Part shown: positions 58,861 to 64,000 of the stretch, in pieces | Position numbering within the stretch: the first letter of the stretch is position 1 | Layout: every line of letters starts with the position of its first letter | Source of the DNA: Planctomycetota bacterium | GTDB lineage: Bacteria; Planctomycetota; PLA2; JAEUHO01 | NCBI GenBank assembly: GCA_965222115.1 | Contig: CBDCTJ010000007.1 | Coordinates: 608,001-672,000, forward strand | DNA length: 64,000 nt | Reading direction: 5' to 3' | The notes under the pieces: generated by a model | Told to the model about the DNA's origin: nothing | Databases searched by the model: none | The model's input: the letters and a program-made list of their open reading frames with translations, nothing else | Position numbers and translations under genes: made by a program

Positions 58861-59838
58861 ATGCCCGCTACGCCCCTCCAGTTCGCCGTGGTTCGCGAGG
58901 ATCCGCGCGTTGAGTCGTGGATCGTGAAGCAATTCGAGCCGCGCCGCGTCTTGTTGATAGCGTCGGGCGGTTGTACGGCGCTGTCGTTACTTCACTGGCA
59001 TCCCGAGCTTGAGCTCACGCTTGTTGATTCGAATCGTGCGCAACTCGATCATGTCCGTACCAAGATCGAGACGCTGCAAGCAGACGATCGCGAGGCCATC
59101 CTGCGCCGCTTCAACTTGTCCGCGACCCATGCCAAAGGGCTGTCACAGTGCGGCATGTTTGAGCGCCTTTTTGATGCGTTTCGCTCGTTCCTGCATGCAT
59201 TTGTCGCAGAGCGCCGAATCATTGAGTCATGGTTTGACGCGGTAGATGGTCCCACTCGGGCAAGGTCGGCATTTGAATCAACGTACTGGCCCATCGCCTT
59301 CGATCTTCACTTCTCCGATGTACTGCTTGAGGCCCTCTTTGGACCTGCCGCAACACAACACGCCGAACCGGGAAGTTATCCGCGCTATTTTCAGGCGCGT
59401 CTCGAAGATGGGCTCACGCAACATGACGCTCAAGAGAACTACTTCCTTCATCACATGTTTCTGGGGCACTATCTCAGCAATCATCCTCCTGCGTTTCTGC
59501 GGCAAACGTCAACGGATCTGCAAGCGACTCACGCCATACGATTTATTCATGCTGCGCTTAGCGATGTGCACGACCTGTCGCGCTACGACTTGATCCATCT
59601 CTCCAACGTGTTCGACTGGATGGGCGACGATGAGGCGCAGTCATTGGTGTCTCATCTCTGTGCGCGTGTCCGACCGGGCGCCTGTATTCTCTGGCGGCAG
59701 CTTAATAACCGAGTCGATCGATGTGCCATGGTGTCTCCCGCATTTCTGTGTGACCCTTACGTGGATGCGAAACTACTTGCCATCGAGCGTAGCTTCTTCT
59801 ACGAGAAGGTTCACGTGGGCGTGCGGACGGAGGGTTAG
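58861..59838 (+). CDS. DUF3419 / BtaA-like SAM-dependent (3-amino-3-carboxypropyl) transferase
   Basis: F...REDP.VE, IASGGCTAL, D.N.AQL, G.FE, NYF, LSNVFDWM, PG..I.WR. Confidence 0.8.
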   Translation: MPATPLQFAVVREDPRVESWIVKQFEPRRVLLIASGGCTALSLLHWHPELELTLVDSNRAQLDHVRTKIETLQADDREAILRRFNLSATHAKGLSQCGMFERLFDAFRSFLHAFVAERRIIESWFDAVDGPTRARSAFESTYWPIAFDLHFSDVLLEALFGPAATQHAEPGSYPRYFQARLEDGLTQHDAQENYFLHHMFLGHYLSNHPPAFLRQTSTDLQATHAIRFIHAALSDVHDLSRYDLIHLSNVFDWMGDDEAQSLVSHLCARVRPGACILWRQLNNRVDRCAMVSPAFLCDPYVDAKLLAIERSFFYEKVHVGVRTEG

Positions 59839-59841
59839 GTA

Positions 59842-60561
59842 ATGAAGGCCGTTCAGGAAGTGTTGTCTGAGTTCTCCTTGGCCAAGAGCCCGTATTTTAT
59901 CGGGCTCAAAGAGGGCACCTTCAATCGCGCCGACTTCATTGAGACTCAAGTTCAGTTCTATTTTGCTGTCGTGTTTTTCAGTCGTCCCATGGCCGTGCTT
60001 GCTGCGCGCATTCCAAGTCCCGAGCTACGTGTCGAGGTATTGCGAAATGTGTGGGAAGAACATGGTGAAGGCGATTCCCATGCGTTTCATGCGGAGACGT
60101 TTCGCACGTTGCTTGAGCGTTTGGAGAACATTGGCCCGGACGACATCGCCTCACGCGTGCTCTGGCCGGAGGTGCGCGCATTCAATACGGCGTTGAGCGG
60201 ATGCTCCTTGCTCGACGACTGGGAGGTCGCTGCGGCGTGCTTTGCCATGATTGAGCGCATGTTTGTAAATGCGTCTGCCTGGATTGCCGAGGCGATTGTT
60301 GCGCATGGATGGTTGAAACAGAGTGAGATGATTCACTATGAACTTCACGAAACGCTTGACGTGAAGCACGCCGAGGACTTCTTGCAGGTGATTCATGCAG
60401 GGACCGATTCGTCGCCGCGAACTGAATATTTGATTCGGCAGGGGCTGCGATTGGGTGCATGCTTGTTTCGTGGGCTTTACGACGGGCTTCACGCCGGACG
60501 CGCGCGGCGGGAGCGCAAAGTCGGACTCGATACCGTTCAGCCCCACATTTATCGCGCGTAG
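59842..60561 (+). CDS. heme-oxygenase-like diiron oxidase (HDO; PqqC/CADD-like)
   Basis: NVWEEHG......H, IE, H...D..H (LHETLDVKH) iron-ligand pattern; starts 3 nt after the upstream stop. Confidence 0.82.
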   Translation: MKAVQEVLSEFSLAKSPYFIGLKEGTFNRADFIETQVQFYFAVVFFSRPMAVLAARIPSPELRVEVLRNVWEEHGEGDSHAFHAETFRTLLERLENIGPDDIASRVLWPEVRAFNTALSGCSLLDDWEVAAACFAMIERMFVNASAWIAEAIVAHGWLKQSEMIHYELHETLDVKHAEDFLQVIHAGTDSSPRTEYLIRQGLRLGACLFRGLYDGLHAGRARRERKVGLDTVQPHIYRA

Positions 60562-60580
60562 GCGTCTGGAATTCACGAGC

Positions 60581-61366
60581 ATGAATGACAGAGCGCTTCG
60601 AATCGGGCAGGCCGACGTCCATCGTGACCGAGAGGCCCTTCGTCGGCTTGAGCGGCGCATAGTATATCCCTACGGTACAGATCAGTTTTGGATCAATCAT
60701 GGGGATGACCCCTTCGCATTCTTTCGTGAGCTTGGCGAACACGTCCAGTTTGTGGCACACGTGGGTGAACATCTTGTCGGATCGGTTGCGGTTGTCATGC
60801 GAGACACGCCGCAGGGACGTTCGTGGTATGTGGCAGACCTCAAGACCGATCCCACCTTCCGCGATGTACGCATACCGATTCGACTTCTAAACGCGGCCAA
60901 CGAGGTCATGAATGACGGAGCGCTGTATGCGATTTCGATGAATCCCCCGCGCGGCGCACCCAACGCATTGGTGCGCGCCCTGCTTCGTCGTGCCGCGGGC
61001 CTACAGCTCGCGACGACATTGGGCCTGTGGACAATCCGGCATGACTCGTTTACTAAGCATCGAGACGCCCTGGAGTCGATGTACGGCCCGATTCGATGTC
61101 GATCTCTTCGCGGTATCAAAGACATCGTGTTGGAGAGCACGGGAGAGCCCATGCCCTTGATTCATCTCGAGCATGGGGTACTTGCCCACGCGGGCCAGCC
61201 GGAGCCTGCGTCCGCAGCCAGCGAATATATGTTTTGCGCCCCAATCGAGAGCGCACGATTCGTGTATGCGTGCACGACGTGGGGTGAGCCCCATGCCACC
61301 GCATCCGTCATTGAGCGATCGTTCGATGTAGGTGACGCGCGGTGGATCTTGACGAGCCAGATCTGA
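60581..61366 (+). CDS. GNAT-fold acyltransferase-like protein
   Basis: F.I.HG.D.FAFF..LG, VGS.A.V.R, WYVADLK.DP.FR (motif A-like), YAISMN. Confidence 0.7.
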   Translation: MNDRALRIGQADVHRDREALRRLERRIVYPYGTDQFWINHGDDPFAFFRELGEHVQFVAHVGEHLVGSVAVVMRDTPQGRSWYVADLKTDPTFRDVRIPIRLLNAANEVMNDGALYAISMNPPRGAPNALVRALLRRAAGLQLATTLGLWTIRHDSFTKHRDALESMYGPIRCRSLRGIKDIVLESTGEPMPLIHLEHGVLAHAGQPEPASAASEYMFCAPIESARFVYACTTWGEPHATASVIERSFDVGDARWILTSQI

Positions 61367-61563
61367 GTAGTCACCCGTAGGGAGAGGAATCGCGCCTATG
61401 ACTTGCAGAAGAACGTAACCCAATGTCGCTGTTGGTACGGCGAGCGCGAAAATTCCTCATTTGATTTGGCGACCATTCACATTGTCCAACATTGCATCAC
61501 TGCCGAGCGCATACACCCAAAGACGACGCTTGTATTCATAGCGACCGCGTGTCTCTGCGAATT

Positions 61564-61598
61564 GTGTGGATTTTGCCCGGACACCGTATCGCCGTATC
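61564..61598 (+). repeat. dispersed junction motif, copy E
   Basis: GTGTGGATTTTGCCCGGACACCGTATC-GCCGTATC. Confidence 0.85.
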
Positions 61599-61677
61599 GA
61601 CCCGCGCATTCTTTCCTGCGTCTTTTTGGGCCCCTCTCCGTCTCCCCGATAGCAACACCTACCTTGGAGACTGCCCA

Positions 61678-62412
61678 ATGGCTAAGCGAACTAACGAAGA
61701 TGTATGGAACACAGTGCAAAAGGCGTATGGTGCAATTGCCAGTTCAGGTGCCGGGTGCTGTGCATCCGGAAGCTGTGGTGCTTCCGCGCGCTCCGGTCCC
61801 ATCATTGCGCATGCCGGAAGCTCCCTTGGGAGTGGAGATCCGATTGCTCATGCCGAGCTACAAGCAGGCGAGCGTGTCGTCGATCTTGGCAGTGGTCGCG
61901 GCGAGGATAGCCTTGCGGCGGCCGCACGCGTGGGTCCAAGCGGCTCCGTGATTGGCGTCGATATGACGTCGGAAATGGTGGCGCGTGCGCGCTCGGAAGC
62001 GCATGTGCGGGGTGTTGATCACGTCGAGTTTCTCAAGGGGCAGATCGAAGCGGTGCCCGTCGAAGACGAGTGGGCGGATGTCGTCATCTCCAACTGCGTG
62101 TTCAACCTCTCGCCCGACAAGGAGCGTGCGCTTCGCGAGGCCCTACGCATCTTGCGACCCGGCGGTCGATTGGTCGTCTCGGATATGGTTCTGAATGAAT
62201 ATGCTGTGCAGTCTCTGCTCGACGATGCCGCTCTGGTTGGATGCCTTGCGGGCGCTGCCACAGTTTCGCAGTTACGCCAACTTCTTGAGCGCGTGGGATT
62301 CGTTGACATCCGCATCCACGTTCAGACACTGGCAAGCGACGACGACCTGAGCGACTACGGCACAGCGCTCGTTCAGGCACGCCGGCCAGACGAAGGCGCC
62401 CGCAAGGCGTAA
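61678..62412 (+). CDS. arsM: arsenite methyltransferase ArsM-like protein
   Basis: V...YG.IA....CC, LGSGDP, DLGSGRGED, GVDMT.EM, VISNCVFNLSPDK, GCLAGA; GGAG RBS. Confidence 0.78.
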   Translation: MAKRTNEDVWNTVQKAYGAIASSGAGCCASGSCGASARSGPIIAHAGSSLGSGDPIAHAELQAGERVVDLGSGRGEDSLAAAARVGPSGSVIGVDMTSEMVARARSEAHVRGVDHVEFLKGQIEAVPVEDEWADVVISNCVFNLSPDKERALREALRILRPGGRLVVSDMVLNEYAVQSLLDDAALVGCLAGAATVSQLRQLLERVGFVDIRIHVQTLASDDDLSDYGTALVQARRPDEGARKA

Positions 62413-62547
62413 CTCGCAACACGCGACGTAAATCCATCGGCGCGCCGACGAGCACGCCCGATCCCTCTTCTCTCTTGGCGGTGCCGTTTCGCGGCACCGT
62501 GTCTCCCCTTGACTACATAGCCGCATGAGGTGGCCTGGAGCATAGTT

Positions 62548-64000
62548 ATGCGCGTTCCCAATTTGATTCTTATGTCTCTTCTCTTGTTCTCAAGCGCCTG
62601 CGGTGGTGGTGGCGGCGGAGGTGGTGATGCGAACCTCTTGCAAGGTGTATTCGGAGCCCCCCCTGTGGCCGGAATCACCTACGAATCGACAAATTCTCAT
62701 GGAACAACGGACGTAAACGGCGGCTTCCGGTACCGCGACGGTGACGTTGTCCTGTTTCGCATCGGCGGCACAGTTCTTGGTAGTTCCCTCGGCCAACCCA
62801 CCGTGACGTCTGCAGATTTGGTTCCAGGTCTCACCATACCGCGCCGTAACGTCGACCTTGCTCGCTTGGGTGAGCCGTCGCCCGCCGCGGAGTTTGTCAA
62901 TAGGCTCGTGTTCCTTCAGACGCTCGATGCCGATGGTGATCTGTCCAATGGCATTCTGATTCCAGATGTTGCGATCAGCATCCTAGTGCAAGAGGTACAG
63001 AATCAGTTCAAGCGCTCCACGGCGCAGTTCGAACAAAATCTCCCCTTTCGTCGCGTTCTCCATCTCGCTGCGGAGCAAGGTGCCTGGGGAGGCACGCGCC
63101 CACCCATTGTTCACGACACGAAGGCACTGGACGCCTATCTTCGACACGCCGATGAAGAGTCTCAGTTTGAACATGTCGCGCGCGAAGAGGGAGATCTCGA
63201 CGCCAACGGCGTGTTTGATGAAGTCACGTCAATTGCGTGGACCGATCAACGGACGCACGTGTATACCATTGACGCCGATAACAACGGCGAGCCGGAAGCG
63301 ATTCAAACTCGCCAATTTACAGCGGGTGGATTGCTGCTGACGGACGATTGGGAAGTGACGGATCATGACGCAGCCGGGCGCTTGGTGCTACTCGAGCGCA
63401 CACCCTCCGGAGACGTTGTGCGTCGGACCGTGCATGTAGGCGCAAACGTCGAAAGGGTCATTCACAATCAGTTAGACTCAATGGGACTTGCCGTGCGTTC
63501 GCAGATAGACACCGACGGCGATGGCACCATCGATGAGACAATCGATATTACGAGGGATGAAGAGGGACGCATTGTCCGAGAAGAGCTTGATGAAGGCGTC
63601 GATGGTCGCATCGATCGTGTCGATACACACGGCTACGACGAGGAGGGTCGCGTCGAGACCTTTGCGACCCGGTTCACTGCGCCTGGCGGCATCGAGTTCT
63701 CGGGTACCCATCGATACGACGAGGCGGGCAGGGAGGTGCTCGCGACACTTGTTCAGGATAATGAAATCCGAAGAACGGAGACGATCTACGACGATGTGAG
63801 TCATATCGTCACGAAGCGCACGACCAGAACCGTTAGCGGTATGACGTTCAAGTCGATTGAGATCGAGCATTACGATGCGCAGGGGCGAATCATTCGACGC
63901 GTGCGCGATCACGATGGAGACGGCGCGATTGATATGGTCGTCAACTCTGTCTACGACGGCCTAATCCAGTCCGAGGAGACGGATTTTGGAAACAACGGTT
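62548..64000 (+). CDS. large lipoprotein with YD-like and DxDGDG repeats (3' truncated by window edge; not in ORF track)
   Basis: MRVPNLILMSLLLFSSAC + G8 linker; G.TD.NG.F.Y..G..V.F.IG, FLQTLDADGD..NGI.I; hand translation is open to base 64000. Confidence 0.85.
   Translation, partial: MRVPNLILMSLLLFSSACGGGGGGGGDANLLQGVFGAPPVAGITYESTNSHGTTDVNGGFRYRDGDVVLFRIGGTVLGSSLGQPTVTSADLVPGLTIPRRNVDLARLGEPSPAAEFVNRLVFLQTLDADGDLSNGILIPDVAISILVQEVQNQFKRSTAQFEQNLPFRRVLHLAAEQGAWGGTRPPIVHDTKALDAYLRHADEESQFEHVAREEGDLDANGVFDEVTSIAWTDQRTHVYTIDADNNGEPEAIQTRQFTAGGLLLTDDWEVTDHDAAGRLVLLERTPSGDVVRRTVHVGANVERVIHNQLDSMGLAVRSQIDTDGDGTIDETIDITRDEEGRIVREELDEGVDGRIDRVDTHGYDEEGRVETFATRFTAPGGIEFSGTHRYDEAGREVLATLVQDNEIRRTETIYDDVSHIVTKRTTRTVSGMTFKSIEIEHYDAQGRIIRRVRDHDGDGAIDMVVNSVYDGLIQSEETDFGNNG

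Overview
GC-rich bacterial chromosome segment. The TM-anchored ECF sigma factor with a very large C-terminal extension and the many secreted hypothetical proteins suggest Planctomycetota, but this is an inference. The left half (1 to ~29.8 kb) looks like core genome: sigma-70 factor, hemW, a perfect parS site directly upstream of parB, acyl-CoA dehydrogenase, UbiA prenyltransferase, rpmH (absent from the ORF track), nnrD, asparaginase II and a bifunctional nuclease. It also holds an exported thioredoxin-fold protein that the ORF track splits at an in-frame TGA in a U-x-x-C motif, followed by a SECIS-like hairpin (probable selenoprotein). From tRNA-Ser(TGA) at 29875 the window becomes accessory DNA. 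Two related, decayed islands appear to lie in tandem (tRNA 3' part repeated at 39519, integrase pseudogene, duplicated CdiI-like immunity genes) and carry a kinase + Thg1-like RNA-repair pair, BlaI/BlaR1 with visible operators, and many small cassette-like genes. A ~27-bp motif with stuttered 3' tails occurs five times, at least twice exactly at a rearrangement junction. Near the right end are a three-gene DUF3419/BtaA-like + heme-oxygenase-like diiron enzyme + GNAT operon, an ArsM-like methyltransferase lacking one canonical Cys, and a repeat-rich lipoprotein that runs off the window. All family assignments come from motif recognition, not database searches.
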